From: Dictyostelium discoideum
Lineage: Eukaryota
Length of the DNA stretch: 64,000 nucleotides
Assembly: GCA_000004695.1 (NCBI GenBank)
Contig: CM000152.2
Location: 2,496,001 to 2,560,000, forward strand
Reading direction: 5' to 3'
The position numbers and the translations under genes were made by a program. The notes beneath the pieces were generated by a model. That model had not been told where the DNA came from. It ran no database searches and saw only the letters and a list, made by a program, of their open reading frames with translations. Shown here piece by piece: positions 1 through 14,416 of this stretch. Position 1 is the first letter of the stretch. Every line of letters starts with the position of its first letter.

Positions 1-188
1 ACTTTTGAAAATTTACTAAATGAATGACCATCTAATCTAATTATAAATGAATTATTCTTTTCAATTGTAATTTTCATTCCATCTTCATATGATTTCATTC
101 TATCGCCTAATGCTGAAAATGGATCATTCATTTTATTATTATTATTTATTTTTTGTTGCTTTTGTTGTTGTTGTTGCTTTTGTTGTTT

Positions 189-251
<63 letters not shown>

Positions 252-449
252 TTGTGGCGGTGATGAGTTCACCTTATTATTAGTATTATTATTAAAATTT
301 TTTATATTTGTAAAATAACGTAAATTTATTGAGTTATTTTTATTTTGGTTAATATATGTGATTAATTTATTAAGAATTTGTCGTTGTTGTAATTTTGTAT
401 TTATATTGATTTGATTTAAACAATTTTTTAAAAATAATGTTCCATTCAT
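1..449 (-). CDS. Thg1-like protein (tRNA-His guanylyltransferase family), 5' part only; CDS continues past window start
   Basis: Minus-strand translation from ATG (plus 449..447) has no stop to position 1: MNGTLFLKNCLNQININTKLQQRQILNKLITYINQ... (basic N-terminal extension), then a (CAA)n-encoded poly-Q, then an in-frame internal Met (plus 131..129) followed by MNDPFSALGDRMKSYEDGMKITIEKNNSFIIRLDGHSFSKFSK. The ...RLDGHSF.KF.. block matches the conserved N-terminus of Thg1/TLP enzymes (VVVRLDGRNFHRF). Not in ORF track, probably because no stop lies inside the window. Confidence 0.55.
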
Positions 450-798
450 TTTCAAGAAAAACAATAGAATGTTATTAAAAATTCGAAAAAAAAAAAAATA
501 AAAAATAAAAAAAAATAAAAAAAAATAAAATAATTTTTTTTTTTTGATGTGCACAGTGTTGGTTTTTCACTTAATTTTAAAAATCAATAATTTGATTTTT
601 TTTATTTTATTTCCTTTTTAATTATTATTTTTTTCTTTTTTTTAAGATAATTAAAATATTAAAAATTTCTTAAACTATAAAATAAAGATAAAATTTAGGA
701 AAAAAATATTAAAAAAAAAAAAAAAAAAAAGTGAGTTTAAAGTAAAATAATTTAATTTATTTAATAATTTTTTTAATTTATTCTTGAATAAAATATTT

Positions 799-824
<26 letters not shown>

Positions 825-832
<8 letters not shown>

Positions 833-2177
833 TTTTTGGTTTTAAATCAACTTTAAAATGTAAAATCATTTTAAATTCTTTTGAAGTTTCCCAAGTTTCA
901 ACTAGTTGATCAATGTTATGAGCAATATCACCAGGATAATAACTTAATAATACTTTTTTTTTATTATCAAAACCTTTGATTGAAACTTTGAGTCCAATAT
1001 CTAAATGATATTCCTCACCATCTATTCTACCCAATTTCACAGTTACATAACCTTGATTATCATAACTATCACCAAATGGATATATTCTTATATAGAATCT
1101 ATTAGTACCAATATAAAATTGCTCTTCAACTATTGAATGACCAACATCCAATGATTTCAATTTCATTTTCCAACCATTAATTAAAATTGTACCAGAACGA
1201 CTAGTTGCACTATCATCCAATTTATTAATCATTGATTCCAATGTTGAAAATCTATCTTTCAATTCCTCTACCTCATCTTCAAGATTCTTAATTCTACTCT
1301 TTGAATAATACAAAGAATCTTTCAAAGCTGCAATCTCTGATTCCGAATTCTCTTTAATTTTTTTAATTTGATTTTGATAACTCTTTTGAATCTCAACTAT
1401 TGAATTACTTAATTTAATTATACTCTCATCATCTATACCATTACCATTACCATTACTATTATTACTATTATTTATTGAAATTAAAGGTTTACATGAATTT
1501 GGAGTTTCTAAATGTTTATTTATATTCATTCTTGAATCTTTTTTACCACATAGAGCTGGACAATGGATTGACATGAATTGACATTCGTTTTGATGTTGTT
1601 CTAATGATATTTGTTTATAATATTTACAATCTCTACTATATTTACAATCAATTAAAAGATAACCACATTCATTTTTTATATGATGTAATAATTTTTCAAT
1701 TGGTATATCTTGTCTCTTACAACCACCATCGCTTTTAATTACTAAAGTATTTCCAAATTTCTCTCTACCATTATTTAAACATGCTACTTTTTGTTTGAAA
1801 ATTTCTTTTTCTAAATATAAATTCTTTGATAAATCATCTAAACTTTTAATTGATATTCTACATGAATGACATTCTTTTTTACCATTTTCTCCAATAATTT
1901 TTTCCCAACTTTAAAAAAATTAATTAATTAAAAAAAATAAAAAATAAAAAAAAATGATTAGTTTGAATTTATTTTTATTTTTTTTTTTTATTTTTTATTT
2001 TTTTTTTTTTTTTTAATTTAATAAATACCAAGATTTACAAGCACCATGACCCCTTTTACATTGTAAGCCATCAAATAATGGAAATGAACAAATTACACAA
2101 TTATAATCATCATTTTCAAGATTGATTCTACCTTCTTTAAATATTTGTTCCAATGTTATTTCACTATTTCTTACCAT
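825..2177 (-). CDS. TRAF-type zinc finger / MATH (TRAF-C) domain protein, 2 exons
   Basis: join(2177..2029, 1908..825) on minus. Exon 1 is MVRNSEITLEQIF...CVICSFPLFDGLQCKRGHGACKS (RING-like) and ends with donor GTATTTATT. The AT-only intron is about 120 bp. Exon 2 phase matches (TG+T=Cys) and reads WEKIIGENGKKECHSC...CKYSRDCKYYKQISLEQHQNECQFMSIHCPALCG (TRAF-type Cys/His fingers), then a coiled coil (IAALKDSLYYSKSRIKNLEDEVEELKDRFSTLESMINKL), then a MATH-like C-terminus (INGWKMKLKS...YIRIYPFGDS...GYVTVKL). Dictyostelium has a large TRAF-like family. Confidence 0.7.
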
Positions 2178-2332
2178 CTTTTTTAAAAAAAAGCAAAATC
2201 TAATTTCTACTGATACTACAATTTATTATTACACTACAAATCCGTTTTTTTTTTTTTATTTTTTTTTTCATGAATATAAAAAAAAAAATAAAAGTTTACA
2301 AAAAAAAAAATAGTAAAAAAAAAAAAAAAAAA

Positions 2333-2364
<32 letters not shown>

Positions 2365-2788
2365 TAAAAATAAAATTAAATAAAAAAAAAAAAAGAGAAA
2401 AAAAATAAAATATTAATTATCAATCATATTTAAACAAAAGAAGTTATAACTTTTTATAAAACAATTGTTTTTTTATTTTTTTTTTTTATTTGGCCAACTT
2501 TTTCTCCACACCCACACCCCCAAATGAATTCTTTAGATATTATTTTTATAATTAAAAACCAAAATTTAAAAAAAACTAAAAGAATTTAAAATCCTGGTAA
2601 GTTGTCAAAAAAAAAAAAATAAAAAATAAAAAATAAAATAAAATAAATATCTTGAATAAAAAAATTTCAATTGAAAAATTCATAAAAAAAACAAAACCAT
2701 AGTGCTGAGAAAAAAAAAAAAAAAAAAAATGAAAAAATAAAAAAAAAAGTAAAAACAATTGCTTAAAAAAAATAAAGTTAAAATAAGA

Positions 2789-3747
2789 ATGAAATTAATT
2801 TTTTCATTAGTTTTAATTGTATTATATACAATTAATATTGTATTATCATCACAACAAACTTATCCATGTCCATTCTATAGATCATTATCATTAACCAACC
2901 CACCAATGAATGGCGATGATATTTATATTTTACAAAGTCTCTTAACTAGAACCACTGGTTTAGAGAATTTATCATTAACCTCAAATTTCGATCAAGATAC
3001 TCAAATGGCATTAGCTAAATTTCAATCACTTAATAATGTGTATGTGTTAATTTTTTTTTTTTTTTTTTTTTCCCAAAAATTTATTAATTATTTTAATTTT
3101 AATTTTTTTTTTTTTAAAAAAAAAAAAGTGGAACTACATCGGGCACATTGGATGTAAATACAGCAAATTTAATATTAGAATTAAATAGTGAAGATGGATA
3201 TGTTGATAATGGTCAAATTCCATCAGGATTTTTATATAAAGTTCATGTACCAGTTTACAAGAATAGATCAATTGAAACGATTGCAACACTTTATGATTCA
3301 AATTTGAATGTATTACTTACATTCCCAGTTAGAACTCATGGTCAAAATGATAATGTTACTGGATTAGCAGAGAATGAATTTTGTGAAGATGGGTCAACAC
3401 CAACTGGTTTAATGACATTTGATTTGAATTCACCAGAACCTGATCCAATCTCGTTTGGTCCATATCCAATTAACCGTGCAGTTCAAGGTATCACTGGTAA
3501 TGCTGCAATCGTTATCTCTAATATCAGAGATGGTATTTTAATGCATACTGGTGAATGGCCAGATTGGACACCATCACAACCAATGCCAAATTCTCATGGT
3601 TGTGTTCATGGTCATCCATCCGACATAGATCAAGTTCAGACCATACTTTCAACTCAATTAAATGTTGCAATTAGACAAAATACTTATGGTGCTATGCCAT
3701 ATACTCATCAACCACAAGGTATTTTATCAATTGAATTAATTGATTAA
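2789..3747 (+). CDS. secreted peptidoglycan-binding (PG_binding_1-like) + L,D-transpeptidase (YkuD)-like catalytic domain protein, 2 exons
   Basis: join(2789..3039, 3129..3747). ATG at 2789 gives signal-peptide-like MKLIFSLVLIVLYTINIVLSS. Then GDDIYILQSLLTRTTGLENLSLTSNFDQDTQMALAKFQSLNN | (intron GTATGT...AG, phase 2, restores Val) GTTSGTLDVNTANLIL, which resembles the PG_binding_1 consensus (G..V..LQ..L...G....DG.FG..T..AV..FQ). C-terminal part has ILMHTGEW...(17 aa)...SHGCVHG, matching the YkuD L,D-transpeptidase His...Ser-His-Gly-Cys catalytic signature. Confidence 0.6.
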
Positions 3748-3906
3748 AAAAAAAAATAAAATAAAATAAAATAAAAAAAAAAAAAATAAGGGGTGGGGGT
3801 ATTTTCTGTTTTTTTTTTTTTATTTTAATTTTTAGATATTTACAAGGTTTTAATATTTTAAATAATGATTATATATAATTTATATGGTATATGTAATATA
3901 TAATTA

Positions 3907-4100
3907 TTTTTTGTTGTTATTTGATGATGATGATGAGGATAAAGATTTTTGATATCTTTCCATTTCTTGAGTTATTTCTGGATGATCTTTTGCAAATTGT
4001 TCATCTCTTTCTTTGGCTTTTTTTGTTTCTAATGCTTCTAATCTTCTTTCGTTTAAATATTTTTTATTTTGAATTCTTTCTTCAACCTTTTTTTTTTTTG

Positions 4101-4137
<37 letters not shown>

Positions 4138-4344
4138 AATATTTTTTAATTTTTTAAATTTATTTATTATTATTATTAATATTATTTTTTAAAAAAACAT
4201 ACATATGGTTTAGAAGCTAAAACTGCAATAAATAAAGGTATAGTAATTAATTGAACCACTTTAAATATTTTAGCACCTGGTGTTTTTGGGTTTGATTCAA
4301 CTCCCATTTTTTCTAATAATCCTTTAAAACTAAATCCACTCATT
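3907..4344 (-). CDS. small hypothetical protein with one predicted TM helix, 2 exons (missed by ORF track)
   Basis: join(4344..4204, ~4100..3907) on minus. Exon 1 is MSGFSFKGLLEKMGVESNPKTPGAKIFKVVQLITIPLFIAVLASKPY + GTATGT donor. Exon 2 is VEERIQNKKYLNERRLEALETKKAKERDEQFAKDHPEITQEMERYQKSLSSSSSSNNNKK*. Coding-like composition inside an AT desert. Acceptor position is uncertain (A-run before the AG). Confidence 0.3.
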
Positions 4345-4888
4345 TTATTTTATTTTTTATTATTTTTATTTTTTTAAACAGTTAATAAACGAGACTAGAA
4401 ATCGGTATTTTTTAGGTAAGACGAAAAAAAAAAAAATTTTAAAAAAATAAAAATAAAAAAAAAAAAAAAAAAATTTGAAAAAAAAAAAAAATAAAAAAAA
4501 AAGAAATTAAAAATAAATATTGTTGATTATTTTTATTATTAGTATTACTATTATTATTTTTATTATTATTATTATTTTATTATTGTTATTTAATTTTATT
4601 TTAATTAAACCATCATTACTACTATCTTCAGTGTTTTACTAAATTGGAAAAAAATAAATAAATAAAAATATTTGAAATAGATTAAAAAAAATGAAATAAT
4701 CAATTTTTAGATCCAACCAATTTTAGAAATTTGATAATCGATTGGAATGGTAATTAATTAATTTAAAATATTATTAAATTAATTCCTCAGATGATCGGTG
4801 AAAAAAAAAAAAAAAAAAAAAAGAAAAAAAAAGAAAAAATCAAAATTAAAATAAAATTAAAATTAAAAAAAATAAAATTTTATTTTGG

Positions 4889-4919
<31 letters not shown>

Positions 4920-5254
4920 AAAAACAAAAAACACATTTTTTGGGGTTAAAACTATTTTTAACCACACACATTTCTTTATCTGTATAAATCATTGCCCGGG
5001 TTTTAAATTTAAATTTTTAAAAAAAATAATATAATTAAAAAATTTTTTTATTATATTTTTTTTTATTTTTTTTTGTCATTTTAAAAAATTTTATTATTAC
5101 TCACTATAATAATAGTAATAATATAATAATAATAACAATAATATAATAATAGTAATAATAATACTAATAATAGTAATATTTAATAATATACTAAACTATA
5201 TTTATAATTATTAATCTTCTCATTTTTATTTTTATTTTTACTATTATTATATTA

Positions 5255-5288
<34 letters not shown>

Positions 5289-5637
5289 GTTGTTGTTAAA
5301 AATTGTGCAAACTACCACAAAACCACAAAGTAAGTGACATATATAATTAAAATTTAATTCAAATAAAAGGGAACAAATAGAAATTTTTTTATTTCTTTTA
5401 TTTTTTATTTTTTTTTATTTTTTATTTTATTTTTTTTTTGCTTTTTATATAATTTATTTCATAAAAAAAAAAAAAAATATTCATTTTCAAAATATTTTTA
5501 AAAATAAAAATTAATTTAATTTAAAAAACAAAAAAACAGGGACTGGTTTTGAAACAAAAAAAATAAAAAAAAAATAAAAAAAAAAAACAACAAAAAAAAA
5601 AAAAAAAACCAATTTTTAGTTTTGTAGATAAATAACG

Positions 5638-7774
<2,137 letters not shown>

Positions 7775-7985
7775 AAATAAAAATAAAAAATGAAAAATAA
7801 AAATAAAAAATAAATTAATAATCTTTGTTTTATTTTTATAATCTTAATATTATTATTTTTATTATTTAAAAAAAAAAAAAAAAGAAAAAAAAAAAAAAAA
7901 AAAAATTTGTGAGTATGTGGGGAAAGTGTTTTATTAATTTCATAATTATTTTTATGTGTTGTTCAACTGGGGTTTCCAAACACAA

Positions 7986-8017
<32 letters not shown>

Positions 8018-8531
8018 AAAAAAAAAAATCACAAAACTTAGATAATTATTATTATTATTTTTATCATTTTTTTTTATTTAATCTCGATTTCAAAATTTAA
8101 ATTGATAAATATTGGGGGTGTTTAAAAAAAATTCATTGTTTTTTTTTTACCTTTTTATTTTTTTATATAGTTTAAAAAATTATATCAAAAAAAAAAAGAG
8201 GTTGGGAAATATATTATTCATTTAAATTTAATTAAATTTTTTTTTTTTTTTTTTTTTTTATTTTCTAACTTTTTTAAATTTTGTTTTGTTATTTAATTGG
8301 AAGTTTTTTTTTTTTTTTTTCTTTTTTTTTTTTTGTTTATTTGTATTAAATTGAAAAAAAGAAACAAAAAAAAGATAAATAAAAAAAAAAAGTTTTTATT
8401 AATTTCCCAAAAAAAAAATAATAATAATAATAAAATAATAAATATAATAAATACCAATTTTTACTAATTCCAAAAACTATATTGGTGTTAGCTTTGAAAG
8501 TAATTTCTCATTTGCTATCGCTTCACATCTA

Positions 8532-9374
8532 TTGAAAGGTTTGAAATATCCATCAACTAAAACTACAACTTCACGTCTTTTAACAACCTTTATGACAATC
8601 ACTGCAAAGAAATCAAGTGGTAGTGCAATTTTAGGTTATTTGACTGCCTTGCTAATAACAGAGGGTGAAGTTAGTAATTTGGATCAAATTATGCAATTGG
8701 CAAGTGATGGTGGTACATCGAATCATAGTACCAATAGAACAACTACCTCTCAAACTCTTCATATTCTATTCAACGATCATATGGTCCCAGATGTTGACCA
8801 TGCAAGTTTATTATTCACTTTCTTGGTAACCATCCTTTCACATACCGATCGTGAACACGAACAACTTTTCATTTATGAAGCTTTGAAAGAGGGTGTTCAA
8901 TTTATGCCACAAGCTTTCCCTGTCATCTATAAATCCTTTATTCCAAAATTATCATCGGTTATCTCCTCTTCTCAAATTGAGAAAATGATGTCTGCTTCCT
9001 TATCCATTATGGAACATATGTTTTCAATTGAACCACCAAAATCTGAAATGGTCGCTCCACATTTAGCATCCTCACCACCATTGAGCTCTTCACCACCATT
9101 AAGTTCTTCAAATTCTTCAGTTTCCTCATTGTCAAGTAGTAATAATAATATCAGTGTTGGTAGTAATGGTGCCAATGGTGGTAGTCAATTAAATTTAGCA
9201 AATGGTAATCATCATCTCTATGGTATTGCTCACTTAAAGAAATTAGGTTTCCAAGGTTTACCAGATTGTGGTTCAGGTTTCAATAGACCTTCAACTCAAT
9301 CAATTAATGATTCTATCCTCAAAACTTTAGCTGAATTATTAAATCAAATTTCTTCACAACAACTCAAACATTAA
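8532..9374 (+). CDS. hypothetical protein, probable 3'-terminal exon (5' boundary unresolved)
   Basis: 280-aa ORF with coding-like composition and Ser/Pro/Asn-rich tail. The in-frame region upstream is open back to a stop at 8448 with no ATG, so the true start or upstream exon was not resolved. Confidence 0.35.
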   Translation: MKGLKYPSTKTTTSRLLTTFMTITAKKSSGSAILGYLTALLITEGEVSNLDQIMQLASDGGTSNHSTNRTTTSQTLHILFNDHMVPDVDHASLLFTFLVTILSHTDREHEQLFIYEALKEGVQFMPQAFPVIYKSFIPKLSSVISSSQIEKMMSASLSIMEHMFSIEPPKSEMVAPHLASSPPLSSSPPLSSSNSSVSSLSSSNNNISVGSNGANGGSQLNLANGNHHLYGIAHLKKLGFQGLPDCGSGFNRPSTQSINDSILKTLAELLNQISSQQLKH

Positions 9375-9581
9375 AAAAAAAAAAAAAAAAAAATAAATAA
9401 ATAAATAATTAAAAAAAAAAATAAAATAAAATAAAAATAAAAATTGTATAAAAAGTTCAAAAATTCTTGCATTAGAAATGTTTTTTTAAAGAAATTCAAC
9501 TGTGTTTGATTTATTTATTTATAGAAAGTGTTACCACTTTAAAAAAAAAAAATTTGTAACGTCATAAAATATCGGGGTTAG

Positions 9582-9615
<34 letters not shown>

Positions 9616-9944
9616 ATAATAATTTTATTAAAAAAAAAACTCCAATGCAAGAAAACACAAAGAAAATTTGAAATCAAAATCAATTTACGGTCTGAATTAA
9701 CAAATCTTTACCAGACTAATCGATACCTTTTAGGTTTTTTTAATTTTTTTTTTTTTTTTATATTTATTTTATTTTTTTTTTTATTTTTTTTTTTTTTAAG
9801 ATTACTTTAACTGACACACAAAATATTTATAGTGCTCGTTCTGTATTAAAAAAAAAAAAAAAAAAAAAATAAAAATAACATATAATAAAATTTATTATAT
9901 ATATATATATATATAAAAAAAAAAATTAACATATAATAAAATTT

Positions 9945-9980
<36 letters not shown>

Positions 9981-10084
9981 AAAATATTATAAAATTTAAT
10001 ATATATAAAAAAAAAAAAAAAAAAATTAAAAGATATTTTTATCTTTTTTTTTATTTTTATCTTTTTTTTATTTTTTAATAAAAA

Positions 10085-11095
10085 ATGTTTGGTTTTACTT
10101 TTTTAAAAAATACATACATTTTTTCGAAAATAAAAGTTAGGATTGCAATAGTTGAAGCTATTATTGTTTCATTTTCAAGTATTTTTTGTTTAGTACCATG
10201 GAATTTCAATTTCAATGTCAATTCACTATGTTTAATACCAGTATTTTCACTAATGTCGTCGTGTAGTATCTCATCATATACAAGTATACATTTGGCTACA
10301 ACTATGTTATATGGTACATTATCAGCAAGTTTATATTGTTATTTAGTATTGTTAATTACAAGAGACACAATTTGGATTACATTTATAACCACATTTATTT
10401 TCTCATATATTATGGCCACATTAGTAATGATGCCAAGAAGATATATGAGTGGATTATTTATGAAGAAAATGTTTTTAGATATTATAATAGTATTATATTT
10501 CACACCACAAGGTGAATATTTTGAAAATATTTGGCAGAATATAGTTTGTGCTGGATTTATTTTCTCATCAGTGGTATTGGGTCAAGTGGCTTTCCCATCA
10601 TTAGCATCACGTATATTCTTTAAATATTCAATAGATGTTATGCAAACAACTAGAGATTTCCTTCGAGTAATTAATTTTCAATTAGAAGAGAATTTATATA
10701 AAAAAAATAATAATAATCCAGGTATTAGTATTATTGATGATGATAATAATAATAATATAAGTAATAGTGGTATTAATAATCAACAAAAACAACTATCACC
10801 AAATTTTGAAAATGGTGCAAGTACAATTGTTGGTAATAATAATAATAATAATAATAAATTTTTAGAAAGTGATGAACAAACAACATCATATCGTCAACCA
10901 TTTGAAGAAATTGAAAACCAATTCATTAGAGAACAACAATTAAAGTCAACAAATACTGATAATTTCGATTTACCAATATCAGTTAATTTAAATTTACCAA
11001 TTAGTAAAGAGGATTTAGAATCTAATCATCAGAATCAAATTGCAACTGAAAATATTGAATTTTTTGATCCAATTTTACCAATAACACTCAACAGC

Positions 11096-11144
<49 letters not shown>

Positions 11145-11400
11145 TTTTTGATGAGAAATTAAAATTACCATTGGCAAGATCAATGATTATTAATAAAAGT
11201 TCAGATATTGAAGTTAAAAATCCAGATTCAAAATTAGAAAAACCTTCAATTTCAAATAGTAATGGTATAGAAATGAATGAGATTAAAAAAAGTAGCAATA
11301 ATAATAGTAGTGAGAATAATAATAAAATCCAACAAGATATAAATATAGAGCATCAACCAGAACAACAATCAGAACAACAATCCCAAACACAACATCAATT

Positions 11401-11437
<37 letters not shown>

Positions 11438-13186
11438 GCACAAAATCAATTACAACATCAACAATCAGAAATTCCAATTAATAATATAGATTCTCATCAT
11501 GAAGATACAAAATCAATCATTTCAACAGATAATTTAGATAAAAAGATAAAGATTATTAAAGAATTAGATATAGAACCACTTGAAAAACAAATGAAAATAT
11601 TAGAAGTTAAATTATCTGGTGAAATTAATACATTAACATTATTATATAATGAATCTAAATCAGAGAGATGGAACAGTAACTTGAATGCAGATTACAATAA
11701 GTTATTATCAATTTTAGAGATGCAATTAAAACAATTACTTTCAATTAAAATTGCAATGATTAATGGATTTAGTAAATTGGCAAGTAGAGAATTAATAACT
11801 CCATTAATTCCATTCATTGAATGTTTAGTTGAAGAAGTTTATTTACAAATGGGTTTAATGATTGATATTTTATCTTCAAATTTACCTGAATTTTTAAATA
11901 ATAATCAAAATATTCAAAATAATAACAATAGTAATAATAATCAAAATAATAATAATAATAAAAATGAAGAAATAATTAATATGGTTAGTTCAGTTTTATA
12001 TAATTCATTTGATGAAACTGAAGAATTAGTTAATAAAGTAAAAAGTGCATTTAAACAAGTTGTTGATGAATATCAAAAAGGTAATCATCCAATTTTATCA
12101 GGTACAGAAGTTTCAAAAGTTCATTATTTTATACATGGTTTATTTTCATTAACACTTCAACAAAGAAATATCGCAGATTTATTAATTAAAGTTAAAAGAC
12201 AACAACATTTAGAATCTGTAAGATGGGAATTGGTTAAAAATGGTTTATTAACAATTTTAAAAGCATTTCCATTATTTATTATAAAATATTTAAAGAAATT
12301 AATAATAAAGAGTGAAAATAAAAAAGAACAAGGACAAGAAGAAGGTGAAGATAGTGTTATTATTAAAATTATAAAATGGATTAAATTTAATTTCTTTAAG
12401 AATGCTAAATGGAAATACCCATTTCAGGTTGCAATTGGCTTATTGTCAACTATTATACCATTTTATTATTTTGAAGGTTGGAGTTATAATGAATTGGTAA
12501 TTCATGGTGTTTGGACATGTGCAACTGTAATGCTGGTAATGGTGAGTAGCGTTGGTGCAACTATTAGACGTGGTTTGGATCGTTTTATGGCCACTGTCAT
12601 TGGTGGAATAATTGGATTTTTAACATCTCTACTATGTAGTATTATCCCCTCGCCCGGTAAAGAGATTGTAATTGTGGTAGTGACATTTATCTTCACATTT
12701 TTAATGAGTTTCCCTCAACAACACCCAGCTCATACATATGCAGGAGCAGTATCTGGTTTAACTTTTATTTTGGTTGTTTTTGGTCAAAATTTTACAAAAA
12801 ATTTCGATTATATGTATGCTGTACTCAGATCATTTCATATTCTTTTGGGTGTAATTTGGGTTATCATTCTCAGTATGACCGTTTTCCCTTATTTCACTTA
12901 CAAAGGTACAAGAATTAAAATATTTCAAATTACCAATGCAATGTCAGATTGTTTCATTAGTATCCTTGAAGCTGGTTTAAGATTAAATGAATCAATTTCT
13001 GAAATTAATGATCCAGAGTTTTCTTCATTATTCAATTATTACATTAAAATTCAAGGTGAAGAAATAATAACCTTTGGTAAAGATGAAAAAGAAGAAACTG
13101 ATGAATTTTTAATTAATGAAAAAAGAAAGAAATTAATTTTAAATATAATTTTAAATCATAAAAATGATTTAATTAATAGTTATTTA

Positions 13187-13230
<44 letters not shown>

Positions 13231-13939
13231 TGATCAAAATATTGATTCAAATTCAAATTTAAATAATAATAATAATAATAATTTTAATGAAAATAATATA
13301 AATAATATTATTAAAGTTCAAGATAAAGAATTTATGAAGAGTGAAAGAAAAAAGAAAAAGAAATTAATTTTTGAATCATTAAGAAATGTTAGAGTTGGTA
13401 TCGATCAAGTTAAAGCATCATTATTTGATGTAAAATCAGAGTTACAACTTATATCACCAAGAAAGATTGAAAAGTATTTATCGATAGCAGTAAATTTGGA
13501 TAATTCACATACTAGATTGGTTGCATTAGAGAATTCATTCGATCCAATATTTAGTGACTTGGTAAAATTATCAATGTTTCAATTATCAAAACCACTTTTA
13601 AATTTATTTAGAATTTTAATTAAATCTAAATTTCAATTAAAACAATTAATGGCAAGTAAAATCAATAGTGACCAATCATTGGATATCATTATGAACGCTT
13701 CTCAATCGATTCAATCCGCTTTAAAACAATTTGATCATGATTATCAATCAATTCGTTCTCATCTTTTAAGTGAAAAGGTTTTTCATCATTTACATCCTGA
13801 AATGATTCAATTCGGTTCAGGTATTCATTCAATTCAAATGTTTATTCAAAATTTCGTTATTCTACTAGAAGATTTACGTTCAATTAGAAAAGAGAAAAGT
13901 TATTTTAAACAACTTTTAGGTTTTTTATTTAAAAAATAA
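10085..13939 (+). CDS. ALMT/FUSC-family membrane protein (aluminium-activated malate transporter / fusaric-acid-resistance-like), single exon, 1284 aa
   Basis: Two clusters of TM helices. Second cluster contains WTCATVMLVMVSSVGATIRRGLDRFMATVIGGIIGFL, matching the ALMT/FUSC core motif (W..vTVv.V.e.svGAT..kg.nR..GT..G..lG). Long low-complexity N/Q-rich loops (10830..11480, 13190..13300). Confidence 0.7.
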
Positions 13940-14416
13940 TTTTTTTTTTTTTTTTTTTTTGATATTGGATATATATATCCAATATCATTAAAAATAAAAA
14001 TAATAATCAAAAATAAAATTAATAATATAATTTAAATTCCACTTGCCATTAAAATGAAACTATAATACTATTAAAATGAATATTTCTTTTTTAAAGGATC
14101 ATTTAAAAATTATTTAATTTTATTTTTATTTTTATTTTAATTTTATTAAAATGTTATATTTTCTTACTGTGATCTAAATAAAAAAATAAAATGATAAAAA
14201 TAATAAAAAAAAAAAAAAAAAATCATAAAAAATTAACATTATCATTATTAGTTTATTCTCAAAAATAATATTCCTTGAAAAAGATATTGGGAAAAAAAAA
14301 AATTTTATTTTTGTTTTGAAAAAAAAAAAAAAAAAAAAAGATATTTTAACCGTTTTTTTTTTATTTTTTTTTTTATTATTAATAAATTTCTAACATTCAC
14401 ATAAAAAAAAAAAAAA

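Noticed and set aside
89-283. ORF-track poly-Val/poly-Leu/poly-Phe/poly-Ile/poly-Thr ORFs (e.g. 89..283, 6964..7413, 7257..7481, 38814..39026, 40488..40946 tail, 45006..45278, 47001..47216, 47545..47826, 51350..51728, 59295..59507)
   Set aside because: These are alternative-frame or opposite-strand readings of CAA/AAC/AAT/ATT microsatellites, or read-through into repeat-filled introns. The real genes use the Q/N-encoding frame, or the repeat is intronic.
2178-2788. C-rich motif (ccacacccacaccccc at ~2508) in the divergent intergenic region between the TRAF-like gene and the LD-transpeptidase-like gene, as a possible bidirectional promoter element
   Set aside because: Single occurrence, no second copy or palindrome, and no known Dictyostelium motif I can match it to. 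Too weak to call a regulatory feature.
8448-8531. Attempt to find an upstream exon or ATG for the 8532..9374 ORF
   Set aside because: The in-frame region is open to 8451 but contains no ATG and no phase-compatible acceptor that I could justify, so the gene model is left 5'-incomplete rather than guessed.
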